A stretch of 64,000 bases of DNA from Botryllus schlosseri (taxonomy: Eukaryota). Positions within the stretch are counted from its first letter, which is position 1, and every line of letters begins with the position of its first letter. Where the stretch lies: positions 12,462,001 to 12,526,000 of the forward strand of contig CM119381.1 of assembly GCA_051294905.1 (NCBI GenBank), read 5' to 3'. Positions 34,201 to 49,200 of this stretch are shown here, in pieces. A model generated the notes under the pieces. That model was not told the DNA's origin. It searched no databases and was given only the letters and a program-made list of their open reading frames with translations. The position numbers and the translations under genes were made by a program.

Positions 34201-37200
34201 CCGTACCTGGTGTGATAAAATAAATTCATTCATTCATTAGGCTAATAATTTTCTGAACTGTACATATTATGGCTGATTTCATTAATTCTATACCTATAGA
34301 GATAGATAGTGTGGGATGCAGTGTGCGCTAATGCAAAACAGCCTGCAACTAATCGGATTTTTCTTCAGCAAATGAGATGCAAATTTAGATTGGGAATGAA
34401 TGAATGCTGCTTGGTGCTATCAATAAGGTCTGACTTTGTGTCGTTTGCGGCTGATGAAACTAGTGCTCTTACTTTGCTTGGTATATGTATATATATATTA
34501 TGTATATATTATTTTCATGGATTAACTCCGATGTGAGTTTTGTTAGCCCACAGTACAAAATGGTACGAAGTTTTGTGTCAAGACGAAACAAGGAAGTTGT
34601 AAGATATGACTAGAGCTACCTACATAGTACTGGAACTTTGACGTCTCTATCCATTCGTGGTGTTTCTTCCGGACTGTGTGGTGAATTTAAGGCCCTTTTG
34701 TATGGTATGCATGGTTTACACTGCCTGACCAGCCTTGAAACTATTCATTATACACTGTAGGCTAAACTAATGATTTCAAACATTGTACAAGGTAACAGTC
34801 CCTTTCTCATTTACTTGAATGGAAATCAACTTACATTGGTTGAGAACTAGTGATTGCTGCAGAAGGACTTGGAATTTATTACATCGCAATAGGCCTATAG
34901 CCTAGTTATTCTTCTGTAGTTATAAATGCAGCACTTGCAGTATTTGATAATGGCTTAGGATGCTGTAAGAGAGAGAATCCAATACGGGTTCGTTCACAAT
35001 AAGAGGTTCTTTTTCGTTAATAATACTAGTTCTGTGACTAGCCTATTCAGATACCATGCTTTGTTGATTTTAGTCCACGCCAATCATGAGACATTAAATT
35101 ATTATTTAAAATTAGGCATTCAAGCCATAAACTAACTCGTAGGAAGTGCATTTCTCAACAACTAAACCTGTGAAATACATCATATTGTGAGGATTTGCTA
35201 CCGAAAATGCTGTGGTTCTATGATCTTTCCATAATCTGAATAGTTGTTTTTAATTTAAAATGCTGTAATCTTGAAACATTAACGCGCCATCAAGTCTGAT
35301 ATAGAATAAGTAGCATAATCAATCAATCAATCTCTGTAGTAATATCAGACCCAGGAGCTCTTGCTGAATTTTGTTTACCAGAAGTAGCTGAATGCTGATG
35401 CGTCAGACTTGCCCATGTCATTATTTTCGTTGCAGGCTAACAAACTATTCAAAGACGGACGTGACAAAATGTTTGATGAGAGCTCCTACTATCGAAGGGG
35501 CTTGACAAAGCTATCGTTGATATTCAGTCACATGCTCGCGGAACTGAAAGCGGAATTTCCAGATGGCAAATTTGTTGGCGAATCCTACCGTATAACTAAG
35601 TCAGATGCGGCCGATTTCTGGAAGACAACGTTCGAAAACAGGTAGAAACATCTCAATAATTAACATGGTGTAATGTCCATGGTCCATAATAATGTCCGTA
35701 CGCCTCTGTTACAACTTGGGAGTTCGACACATCCAACTTTGACAAAATATGCATACGGTAACCACATTGCTGTGCTGCAAAACTGAGGCATACTTCTTGG
35801 TTGTCAATGTTAAATTATGATTGTCTGACACCTGGTTTGACTTCGGTCGTGTGTCAAGTTGGATCAGGTAGGCCTACTCGATTTTGCCATTTAGACACTG
35901 ACATGGTACTTTGATACCTTATGGTACATTTTGCTTGTCGTTCCAGAACCATTGTATCATGGAAAGAGTTTCTGCAGGAACTCCACAAAGTCCATCCAAT
36001 ATCTTCCGGTCTTGAAGCCATCGCACTGAAATCAACTATCGATCTTGTTTGCAATGACTATATTTCAAATTTCGAGTTTGACGTTTTCACAAGATTGTTC
36101 CAGGTATGCTAGGAAATGGGTCGCCTGATACTGGTACAGCCAACTAGTGCACATGTATAATACTCAGTCATGCCATTTTTTCTCGGTGTCAGTGACTATT
36201 TTTCTGTCAATTCCATTGTATTTTTACGTATCAGTTCCTTTGTCTATTAATAATATTTGATTACCAGTTGAAAATGCCATGAGATTGTTGTACAATCAAA
36301 GGATAGGAAGAAGTTGAAACGACTTGGAATTAGTTCTTTAGTCAAACATTCATCTCGGTCTACAAACAGAAATAAATAACGAGTAGGCCTACATGCTAGC
36401 TAGACCGCGTGCTGTAATTTAATTTTTGATTATTCACACACTGGTCGCTTCCATGTAAACTAGTACTAAAGACGTGGCGTTGTGTAGGCAATATTCAATA
36501 GCCCCAAGAATGAAAACTGATTAGTTGCGAGCGGCAGCTTGAATAACCCATTTGCACGATTCTGTCAACAGACATAGCACTCGAGAAGTCACTGTCACTA
36601 GGGTTGATGTGACACACGTTTGGCTTCATGGTTAGATTTCCAATGCATTAGCCTCATGTTGGATTTGTGAATGATTGATTTGCGAATAAGTAGGCTACCA
36701 GTAGGTTGATGGTGTTATGATATTCCATTGTAAGCTACAAGAGGCAATAGTCTCATCTGGTGACTATGTTTATATTTTGATCACATTCTCGTCTGCAGTG
36801 TTATTTAAATAGTAAAGTCCCCACCCTGAGGCTAGCGTGTTGTTTGGGTACTTGTATGATTTGCTATGGTCTTGCTTACATTTTATGGAAAATTATAGGC
36901 TTACCATACTACCATGTTTTAGAGTTGAGGTTATTTACTATGACTAGTAGTTCATATATGGGGTGGGCAAGACACACGGAATGGCAATGAATCTTTTGTT
37001 CACACTCCGAAATTTATAACCCGTTCTAATTCTATCTGTGTTACATTTCGTTGAGGTTATCAGCAAAATTTTTCTTCAGTTGAACAGGCTGTGGGATTGC
37101 ATTTGGCATAACATCAATACTGGTAGTGGTTTATTTGATCCTGTCCTTTGAGCTTTGCATTTGGCCATCTTGGATTGGTCTCTTGGGAGTAGCCTACCTC

Positions 37201-40200
37201 AGTTAGCATTGTTGCATGGATTGCTCCTTAGCGAACCTCTGTGAACCATCTGACAATTTTTGTGCTCTGCAGCCTTGGTCGACGCTTCTGCGGAATTGGA
37301 ACACTTTGGCTGTCACGCACCCTGGATATATGGCGTTTCTCACTTATGACGAAGTCAGGGCGAGATTGCAAAAATACATCACAAAACCTGGAAGGTATTC
37401 GACTTATATGCCTAATTTGGGTTATCTAAATCTTAATCAATGTATTAGAAAACACTGTTGAGAACAATGATTCTTTTGCAGATGCAAAATTAGTCGTGTA
37501 AATTAATTCTTTCACACTTGGTCTATGTTTTGACATGAGCATCGACATTCGGCATTGCGATAGGTACTTGCTTGGTTGGCAATCAACTGCCAAGTGGATC
37601 CGATGGATTTACGAATTCTATCTCCACTCTTTCAAACTCTCACTTTTAGGTTTTGATAAGCTGACCTCATAAGTCTGATAGTCCCAGTTCATCATTGGGC
37701 CATTTCTCTGTAATCACAAGAGGCACAGGCCAATGGACTGTGATGCCTACGTGATGTTACTCAGAACTGTATCGCGCTTTACAACTTCCTGATGAGAACA
37801 GCTCGCCAATTCTCCTTGTCGGATCATCTTATCCGTTATTCTGTGGGAATAAAATACATCCGCGTTTTTTTGACCCTTTAACGTGAAAATATTGTATGAT
37901 ATCCACTTGTATGTATTTCTCTGTATGTTTGTTGAATCCTTGGTGTTGTTGTCTAGAGTCTTGCTCCAATATGTGTGCATGCCCTGATGGTAATGTATTT
38001 GAACTACGCTAGGCCTTTTGTTGTGTATGTGTAGCAATTATGGTTTGTTATTGATTTCTGTATTCTTTCATCCAAGTGGGTGGCCTTTCTCAAAAAGGCT
38101 CTGTCTAGCAACTTGAATATCCTTCAAGTTATTTATCCTGTGTGGGTTGTAAATGGATTGTCTGGCAGTAAAGTAGATCACCTATCTCCTGGATATAAAT
38201 AGTGTCAATATATTCCTGAATACGCTGTTGTTGAATATCTCTGCCAAAGTTGAATGGTGGCAACTGCAGTAGTTGTTTTTCGTTTGGAGTTGAGCTCTTC
38301 TGATTTTTATGTAAATAAACTGATTCCCCTATACCTTTTCGGAATTATTTAAATGCTTTCAATTCCGTCAAATGTTGGACAAGTGCATTTGTGCTTTCAA
38401 TTTCATAATCTGTATTGCACTGGTATTAACAATGATTTATTTTTCTTTCCGTTGAATTTTGCCACTTCCACTCGATGAAACCCAGTGACAGATTCTATTG
38501 TAGACCTACGCCGAAACTCAAACCATTTCGCAAATTATTTTTCAGTTACATATTTCGGCTTAGCTGCACCAGACTGGGCCAATGGGCGGTCGGCTACGTC
38601 ACGCTTGATGGTCAAATCTTACAAACCATTCCTCAAAATAAGTCACTCTGCCAAGCACTGCTCGACGGCAAGAAGGAAGGATTGTGAGTAACCTATTAAT
38701 TTCAGGCTTGTCGGTCGGCCTATATGCACACTGCTTGACAAAACATTTCCTGGCACTAGCTTGTAACACGATTAGTCATCGATCGTCTTTGTGTAGATAG
38801 ACGCAGTATATATCGTTATTGATTTTGACATTATCGGCAGCTATCTCTTTCCTGACGGTCGATCCGCCAATCCTGAACTCTCGTCGCTGGTTGCGGAAGC
38901 CGACAATGAAACGATTCGTGTCACCGAAGAGCAGTACGAACTTTACTGCGAGATGGGGTCGACCTTTCAGCTTTGCAAAATCTGTGCTGAAAATAATAAG
39001 GATGTCCGAATTGAACCGTGTGGTCACCTGATGTGCAAGCAGTGTCTGGAATCATGGCAGGTATTACTGCGACTTGGGATCGTTATATTTCAGTGGTTCC
39101 CAAAGTTGGTGCCAGCTACCCATGGAGGTGTTACCAGCTCCAGAGGGGGCGCTATCGACGTAGTGAGCGATTGAGAGGGCGTTGAGAGCAAAATGGCACA
39201 GTATGCACTATAGAAATCAATGTTGAATATCTATCATTTAATATTTGTACACTAAGAAGAGATATATGAATATTTAATCACGTCGTTCAATCTGAAATCA
39301 TCACCAACTCTCTTCATAGATGTCCATTGGCTTGCCTTATTGAGTTTTCTAACCGTTTAATCGTAACGAACACTATTCTTTGCCAGTGAGGCTTATTGTA
39401 CACACAGTTATGAATTTTGAAGTAAAATGACATTTGAAGGAAATTGACTTGCACAATTTTATTCCTTGATATGTCTGTCCTGAGATTTCTACAGAGTTGT
39501 GACTTTGACATATCGCGTAGCATAGTCAGTGCCTACGAATTATATCACCAAGTAAGCGATAAGTGAGCCAAGTGAGCAATAAGCAACTTTTTGTTGATGT
39601 TGGGTTGTAGATGGGGGGTTTAGTACCGGTACTTGGATTATTGGTGAGGGGTTCTGCGTAAAAACGTTTTGGAAACTCCTGGTTACCACCTCACTCTGGT
39701 AACCAGGAGTTTCTGCATGAACTGAGTAGGCCTACTTAACAAAATATTTACATGGGTTGACTGCTTCATGCACTTCCAGTTCCAGTCACCATGGCTCTTT
39801 GGCATTGTTTTTCCAGCATATTGACTTGCATTGTCTTAGTGGATAATGATATAGCTTCCGTATGTTAACCATGGACATTGTCATGGAAATTATGCCGCTT
39901 TGCAACTTATCCATCCCGTATTGTTCGATTTCCACCCTATCATAGATTTGTTCAAAGTGACTTACATATTGATATCTCTTATCAATTTTTACTATTGACA
40001 ATTGGGGTCAATGTTTTGGATTTCGTTGTTTGTGTTCGTTAGTGAGTGAGTTAGCATCTGATTCTACTGATGATGAACACTTTCTGTTGTTCTCAGAGTC
40101 TAGGAATAGACTGTAGAGGTATTTCTGTATACAGGTTGCTGGGATTTTGGTTATATTTTTATGCCTGCTGTTCTTTGGGCCAGCAGCCTCATTCTGATTT

Positions 40201-43200
40201 TATCTCTGTAGGAGATGTCAGCGATGCTAATATCAATCTTCACAGCGTGAAATCAGGAATAATACAGTTGCGCCTAGTGGGTTTCACACTTGAATGTGGC
40301 ATCTGCACTTACCTAGGCACATTAAATAATTATAGATTATGTTGTAATTTACGAGATTGCATCCATCTGTTATAAAAGAAAAATGTTTATGGAATCTTCC
40401 CTTCTTTATTTGTTATTTCGACACAAGGTTTCTAATGAATTGAATCCACACGTCCACTGAGTAAATGTTTGAATGATCATTGACTATGTGATGAGATGAT
40501 TTCATGGTTTGTCCGATTTTTTTTTTCATTGCGAGTTCCCATTGACCCATTGATTAATGGAGTAGGCAGACAGTGTGTGATATTTAAGAGTTTTCAACTT
40601 GCGAAAGCAAGCCTGCATCGTTCTGGGATCTCGGAATATGTACGCGAGAATTGATTTCATTTCTTATTATTCGAAATGGGCTTGCTATAAACACCTGTCA
40701 ATATTAGATTGTCAAATATATATCCATACTGAGATGTATTACCCAATACCCAGAAGCAATTCAAACAGTCGGCGATCTGAATATATCGCGTAAAATTTGT
40801 ACTATTTCAGTAGGATTGCTGAGAATAAAGCTGTCTGCATTTCGAGCGTTCATTTCTTACAACAATAATATAATTTGAATTATCTGTAAAAGTTGTCGAA
40901 TGCTGTCTAAGCATTTGGCATTCATTTCATAGGAGGTCTAACAGCTGCTGAATTTGAAAAAAAAAACGCTTTGAATTTTTCATTTCCTCGTAGGTTTACT
41001 TGACCTGTTAGGGATCTGATGGGGATTTATGGTATATCTTTGCGTCATTCTATCACAAGGCATTTGTTACAGGAAATGGACAACTCGTCTTCTCCAACTT
41101 GCCCGTTCTGTCGCTGTGAAATCAAGGGCACCGAGAACGTCACAATCGAACCTTTTAACAAGGGATGTTCCTCTCACGAAAAAGCGGAAGGGGGAGACCC
41201 TTGTAAAGAGGATCTGTGAGTATTTTTGTTGAATCGATGTGATTTCAGAGGTCATTGTTGAGTTTGAGTGATGTGAATCTGATTGGGAATGTTAATGTTA
41301 TGCAGGATGGCTTTTCCATTACGGTAGTTTCCAGGTGGTGTGAAGAATCTGGAGAGTCTGTGGAATTTGATCTGTGATATTTTCATTTTCTCCTCATTAT
41401 AGCCAATCGACTTTATTTCATTAACGCTAGTAAAATGTATTTGACGATTTTTTCAGTGATCTCGTATGTCTAGCTAGCTAGCTAGCTAGCTACTGTAACT
41501 GTTGTTGAGTCATGACACAGACTATGATTTGAATAATCGACCAAAGGCTTCCTTTGAAATATGAAACCTCCATTGATATTTGATACTTTGAACTATATTG
41601 AAAGCATTTATAATTCTATAACACTGGTTTATGTATAGGCTATCATGCGTACTTATATCATCTGTGTGGTATCCATCCTCACTGGAAGCTTGACAATAGT
41701 TGATCACAGTGTGAGCTTATGGGCTGCACAAGCGACCAAGATTAAACCACCGGGTAGATGCCTACTGGAAACCACGATGGTTTGGTATGGGATAAGAATA
41801 GCAGTCCGCGAGTTCTAGGCTGGCCTGTGGTTGACTCATCCTAACAGATACCACAGCGCTGAGTATGTCATTTTGTGTGCTGGTATGACTAGTTGGTATA
41901 AGTACGACTGGCCATGAGCTGCAATCAGATGGGGATGCATAAAGCTCTTCATGACATTTCTTCTACTTCTAATCAGGCCTTTATCAATAAAATTCTCTGA
42001 ATCACCTTGCCTTCCAAGTACACAGTGATAAAGGTGAATTATTGTAACCCACACATGCACAATGCTTTTATTAATGCCAATGAACGAGGAGGTGTGTAAT
42101 GAAATTTGTGTCCAACCATCTGTCAATATATTGTTCATAGTATTGGAACCTTCTATTATGTTTTCTTGGGTATATTGTGTTGAGAATATTGCTTGAAATT
42201 TGATAATCCAATAGATGGCATTTAGTCACCTCAAACTTGACAATTATGCCATGACCGAAACTGGTAATATAGAACCGTACTCTTCAACCTTTTTCGTCGT
42301 GGTCCACCCTTTTAACGCTTGTTCGAAACTTGTACACCCCTAGCTAGATAACCGACTGATTCCGTACAGTAAGCCTAATTCACTGGTGTTCACTGTTCAA
42401 CTTCCTTGTTATTCACGGCCGTGCTTTGATTCCATATATAGCAATAGACCTCATTCCAGCGGAGAGTCCTCCTGGCCCATCTGGTCATCACACTCGTGTT
42501 AAAATTGGCTGCTGGGAACTTCGCACCGCGGAGAATGCTTATAGTGCTCTGTGCCATCACTGATTTCTTGTGATGTACCTTGTGTATGAAATTTGTGATT
42601 GTAGCAGCAGAACACCCCCGCTGGCTTGCTATCTATGCACCACAATCGCGAGTATAAATGTTAGGAAAGGAATTGTGGATTGACGACTGACGCATCTTCT
42701 GGTTTTTATCTTGAAAACGAAAATTTCAAGTCACTTTGAATTGCGCCAAGCGTTACTTATATATTGGAAGGTTAAAATATCTCAAAGATTTGGGGACCAA
42801 TTACTTCATGCTAACTCCACCCTGTTCTACTTCAAATGAACCGATAAGTCCGTTACCAACGTTTAAATGACGAGGAGAAACATTTGCAAAAGGGATGTAA
42901 CTTGCATGCTACGTACAGCTGATATGAACATTTTACGAAATTGAACACCCTGTCAACATGTTCTGAAACATAAATTGGCCTGTTTATTGGTTAGCTAGTC
43001 ATCGGTTCATTTTCATGAGGGTCTGGTACACCCCTGTACGCCCCATCTGCGTGGTACACCATTTTAAAATTTTGGTACACCCGGTGGGAGAGCCCTTATA
43101 TAGAATATATATGTGCAGTTGTATAGTACAGTTGAGATGATCCCCTACTTGCTGAGTAAGTACAATCTGAAGTAATTGAGTTGGCACCTGGGTTTGTAAC

Positions 43201-46200
43201 AGGTCATTTGTTGGGCCAAGCAAGTAATATGCCGAGTTTTTATCAATATTGCACTCTAGTTGGCTCCATTCAAGTTTAGGAAATAAACCTTTCTTAAATG
43301 CCCACCTCCTGAAGCCTATCATATTTGGTGCTCATATTCGAAAGAGCACTCAGTTGAAAGTTAGTTTAATTTGATTTTTTATCTTGACGCTGCCACTTCA
43401 TACACACTGAGCAATGCTAAGTCCAGTCCTGGTCACGAGTTTTACTGTATTTGTATTGTGTTCAAGTAGCCAAGTGCTGGGGTATTCGGAGATCTGAATT
43501 CTATAGTAACGTTAATGTCTATTTAGGAATGAGGCGTCTTCGCCACAGAAAGAAGAGGAGGAAGATCTCTTTGGTACTGTTGGATACATCGATATCAAGG
43601 TACTCACCTAACCCTCAATCAATATCGCATTTTCATGGCAAGGCGATTGTCTGGCCATTTTTGGTATTCAGTACCGTTATTATTAAATGCTTCGATTTCC
43701 TGTGTGTATTGGTATTTAATTAGGATACTGTTTCCAGTCCGGACAGGGTAATTGGAAAGCAATGGTTGAATCACCATCATTCGCTAATGAGAAATATATT
43801 ACAGAGTTCGCTTTGAATGTGTGTGCTTGTCTGATGTGTCATAGTTTGTCTTAGTGTAGTGACGAAACCAGCAACTGGACGGATTGATGTTTGTATTGCG
43901 AATTTGCGTGTGGCCATTAAAAAGAGATCATACTTTCCCCTGTGATGTGTGTGACAATTCGGCATTCCTTTTCAAGGGTCGACAAGGCGGGAGCTCGGTG
44001 GACACGGCCTGTGCTGTGCCCTCCCCGAATATGCCACGGAGAAACCCGCCTCAACCTGCAGAATCCATGGCTGTCGCGGGTCATGCTGCCGCAGCTCCGA
44101 CTGTTGTGTCTAATGGACGGGAGTCCCCCACAATACCGCTGGCTACGGCCGCCAGCTCTAATGATACCGTGAGTGTTTTTGTACTTTACGATCGGTCGAC
44201 TGATCTAGTGGTAGGATTCAGCCCATTCGCACAGGTTCTATAGAACCGTCCCATTAAATTCTACGAGATCTGCAAGCTGATTTGCATTGTTGGTTACCTT
44301 CAATGACTTTTTCTAATAGAAGTGGCTGGAAAATATGACATTTGCAATGGAGAAGGCTGAAAATAAATTTAAATATGACTACCGTACCTGATACATCATT
44401 GCCAGCGATTGCCATGACTTTAAAATTGTACAATGTACACCTACGCACCTGATTGGTGTCGGACCGGCGTTATTGAATATATCAATTTGGAAAAGTAATG
44501 ATGTTGTGCCTCAACTTGATTGATGCCTCAACTTTTCGGCAACAACTTACTCATGGCTGTATTTATGTTTTTGAAATTGTCCGCTTCAAATTCGCATTCT
44601 TCAATTTTCCATTCAGTTATCACATTCTGTTCATTCTCGTCCTTTTCAGCCTCCACAATTATGTTTTTTTCCCTCGGATTTTTTGCATGTAGATCAGTAA
44701 TGTAAGCCTTTTTCGACGCTATGTTATTTTTAGTTCTTTAGCATATTGAAAACTGGTGTTACTTCATCGCAGGCACCCACGACAGACACCTTGAACTGTC
44801 CGGTTCTTCCTCCGAGACCAGGGTCGCATTCGCCTGTGGTAATGGATCAGTCGAGGTGGGTGATTGTCGGGCAACATGCATATATCTTGGAGATTGTAGT
44901 TTGGAAACGAATATGATACGCCCAAGCAGTGGCGTATCCAGGGATGGGGTTTAGGGGGTCGGAAGCCCCCCCTTTTCAAAAACCTAAAAATTGATGTCAA
45001 ATATAGCCTCTAATATTTGCTAATTTATTAGTTTAACATATTCGTTTTTACGTATGAGAAGGCGAATATGGCGTCTTAATGTTATTTAAGGGGACTAACA
45101 CCCCTAAAAAATATTGGAATTATGCGCCGAATTAGTCGAAAGGATAAAATAGGTCATTATAATTCGCTAATTCCATACGAATTCTGCGCTTGTTCACTGT
45201 TCAGCTACATTTCAGCTGTGGCAATTGCTGACGTTCTCAACTTTCTTCCCTCGATTTCTCTCTCGCCTTGCTAAAACGAGAGACGCATTTTAGGAAAATC
45301 TAATCTAATTGGCCGACGCGATACGTAATTGCAAAGACGAAGTTGTCGGCAATCAACATCGCTCGCGAATTCCGCTGCACCTACTCGCCTTGAAATCCTA
45401 ATTAAGAATTGCACGCGGTGTGTTGATTGATCAGCGAGACGCAGACACGACGGCACCAGTACGACAATGCTATTCTCAAATCCACATTGTATTCGCGATT
45501 ATTGGCGAGAAATGGCCTAGGATTGACAAAATACAAGCCTAGCAATCCACGTTCCCGATTGTTAGGTGGCTTGCTGTCGTCCAAATACAGGCCTATGTTG
45601 TCGCTGAACGGGAGAATTTATTAGGCCTAGTAGTAAAGTTAACCTAATTATATCGGCTGACAAGTTTCTCTGTCCATCAAGTTATTATCCCAGTGTGTAC
45701 TCTGTATTAGTTGACTGACTTGCGTGCTTGCAATTAAGGTCTAATTATCTTCGCGCGGACTACACGCTCAGCCGTATGGCTAGTAAAGCCATCGAAAAGC
45801 ACACATTCGCGTACGACGTACACTGTTCAGTGTTCACACCACACCTCTCTGTGGCGATCGCGATCGCCCTCGTTTATGCTACCGCCCTATTCCGCGCTTG
45901 TTCGTCCGCTGCGATACTACCGACCGTGCGCATAATATCGTCAAAACCGAACAAAATCGCGCATCTCTGACCGGAACTAGGCGCTTGAAGACGGGCGGCG
46001 TTTGCCGGCTCATGACTAAATGTGAGCATTTACGAATTTCTTTCAGTCATACCGTAAAAGAAACGCGATTTTCAGGCAATGTCCGTATCGTATTCGTACA
46101 TCTCCCACTCACCGCAAATCTCTGTTTATTATTAAACTATAATATATTAAATATTCGCCATGGCGTGGCGACGAGTGATCGTAATGATGACGTCACGATA

Positions 46201-49200
46201 GCCAATTTCGTAACGCAAACCCCCCCCCTTTTCGCGCTCTGGATACGCGCCTGCGCCAAAGCTATGTATGGTAGACTAAGTCACATTGGTAATGCTGCCT
46301 GGTCCTACCCCAGTAGTTTAAACGCTCCAAGTGATGGTGGTGGTGAACTTTGAAACTTTCGTAATCTTAGCAATACTGTGATTTGCTGTCGTCAGATTAA
46401 TCGTAAAGTTGTAAAAATCAGATTTGATTTAGTAAATAATTTTGGATCTCCATCCCAGCAATGCTCCTGTCCCAATTATGGGGCTTATGGTACTGCAACA
46501 ACGGACTTGCCTGCATGTTCTTGCGTATCAAAAGGTTCCAAACTGCTGATATAGTTTGTATGGTCGTGGAAACTTATCGCTGCGCAATCATAAAGTTTTC
46601 ATTCACTATTTTAAATGGCGAGAAATGGCCTAGGATTGACAAAATACAAGCCTAGCAATCCACGTTCCCGATTGTTAGGTGGCTTGCTGTCGTCCAAATA
46701 CAGGCCTATGTTGTCGCTGAACGGGAGAATTTATTAGGCCTAGTAGTAAAGTTAACCTAATTATATCGGCTGACAAGTTTCTCTGTCGATCAAGTTATTA
46801 TCCCAGTGTGTACTCTGTATTAGTTGACAGACAAACGGATTGCTTCCAGCTGACCAATTTCAGAGGGCAGAAAATTAGCTGTTTATCTTCTATGGCTGAC
46901 GTACTGTAGTGAAGGCAAAGTAATATGTCATGAAGTCACGCGTAGATCGATAATTGTAAGTAGGGGGAACCCGGTTGGAGTACTCGGGAAAAAAGAGGAA
47001 GTGGTTTATCGCTGACCATTCATTGTCAATTGCTGGAAATGAAGTAATAATGAGTTTACTGGCTAGCGTCACTCTTCACATTTCTATTTACTAGGGAAAC
47101 TAGTATTGTACTTCATGCTAAATAAATTCATACCCTCATGTGTAATAAATTCATACACATCACTTCACAGGTTTCTGTAATCTATGTTATGCGTCGATTG
47201 CGATGTCGAATCCAAATCCTTGCAATCAGATATGTGTTCTGTTTCCTTCACTCCTTGAATTACATCTACGTTATTCCATTCACTTTCTTGCCAGTAGCCC
47301 AGCTCTGCCAGACTCATTTGAAATCTGGACTGTGAGATTGTCGTCATCGGTGACATGCAGCACATGATATTGGGTGATGGCTTATTACGAGTGACATTGC
47401 AGTCGTCTCGTAATACTGCAATTGTGATTCCTGATATTTCAATTTTCAAGTTTTCCCAAAGTGATCGACTGCAATTCAAACTAAATTGAGGAAACCGATT
47501 GCCATTGATGAGCAGTTGAGTTGAGTACGGTTTTACTGTTTCTTGCATAAGCATACGTTTTTTAAATCGAGGTAAAATTATGTGCAATGTACATCTACTA
47601 TACAATTCTTGGGCCCACTTGAACTTTGAAATTGAATAGTGTCAACGCAAGAGGCGCTGATGATATGCTGCAGCACTATAAAATTGCTATGGAACTGCCT
47701 GTTTGGTAGCTGCTGTATTTATGTGACGACAGCGTCCAATACTTTGTTGATACTTGCCATGAATAAATGAATCTATCAATTGGTACTATACTTCATTACA
47801 GCGATCACGTCCCGAGGTCCAGAAGCCGCGAACTGGACAACGCGGATCTTCGGATTACTTACATGGCGGCAAAGGTACTGCTTGTCGTAGCTGTTCGTTA
47901 ATTATATTTTCCGTACATTGCAACATCGTCCCGCAATTTCCTAGTCCTCGAGTTTGTCTCCGAACGTATCGCCATCAGTCGCTCGTCGAAGGGGTCTGCA
48001 ACAACGCCAGAGACCGGTCTCGAGTATCATTGACAGCGTTGCAGCAAGTGAGTACTTGTTTGACGGTGGCTGTGTGATATTTGGCTTCCTTCTTCGTGGT
48101 TGACTGATATCTTGGCCATAAAAATAGAGTAATGTATATAGTGGGGATGGTGAAAGGTTCAGGCTCGTGGGAAGAAGAACTTTTTTGAAAGGTTCTGTGT
48201 AAACGTGAACCTATGAGGCTATGACGTCATGTAGCTTCATACATATTGCTTATTCCAACCATATATTTCAGTGAAATGATTTACAAGATACCTAGCAACG
48301 ACTAAGGCCACAAAGCTGAAGTAGGCTACATGCTGACTTTTTAAACATCACCAAATGTATTAACTGGAGCAATCAAATGCTATAATGATCCCACAAAATC
48401 AATATCTTCCGTCGCTTTGCCAACAATTCTGACGAGGACTTGCAAGGGAATATAACCTTACACCTTAACGCAGTCCAGTCCGGACTGGACATACGGCTGT
48501 TCAAAAATAAGATTTTTTCCCGAATCTTGCGGGCTCCGTGATTAAATCGTTAGGTTGCCTTGAAAAACGATGCACACCAAATTTGGATTCATTCCAACCA
48601 GTAATCGCTGATTTCGTAGAGTTTGAAAATTTTGAGTTCACCCATATATGCAAAAAAAAATTTTTCCAAATTTTTCTGTCAACCCCATGAAATTGTTGCG
48701 CTGTCTTCAAAGACGATGCAAAACAAATCTGACTCAATTCCAACGAGTAGAAGCTGAGTTATTTGAGTTTTTCTATGATAATTTCATGGGGTTTACAGAA
48801 AAATTTGGAAATTTTTTTTTTGCATTTATGGGTAAACTCAAAATTTCTAACTCTACGAAATCAGCGATTATTGGTTGGAATGAATCCAAATTTGGTGTGC
48901 GTCGTTTTTCAAGGCAACCTAATGATTTCATCACAGAGCCAGCAAGATTCGGGAAAAAAAGTTATTTTTGAACAGCCCTACTGGACAATGTATTCGGCGT
49001 CTGACTATTGCTACATTGATGTTGAGCAGAGTGTAAAACTGTTTTCTACACATAAACATGTTATACAGTAGCCAACACCCCAATCGCGCAGATTTGGTGT
49101 TCATGATAGTCAGGTAGACCGACAGGCGGGAGTGACAACGTTGTAGAAGAGTGCAGAGCTCTGACTGCTCTGACCAAATCTGTGTTCAGACCCCGTTATT

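Noticed and set aside
37600-38400. Decayed LINE on the minus strand of Cbl intron 7
   Set aside because: Composition is suggestive but no diagnostic motif could be read with confidence.
43942-44172. Alternative-frame ORF over Cbl exon 12
   Set aside because: It is the frame produced only if exon 11 is skipped; the exon 11-containing frame is open through to the UBA domain.
45503-46828. LTR pair of a TRIM or LTR retroelement
   Set aside because: No consistent TG..CA in both copies, no PBS, PPT or 4-6-bp TSD, and one copy is inside a different TIR element.
48501-49071. Mirror-image ORFs, also at 9130-9761, 53283-54986 and 52527/59516
   Set aside because: They arise from palindromic or repetitive transposon sequence and have no protein features.
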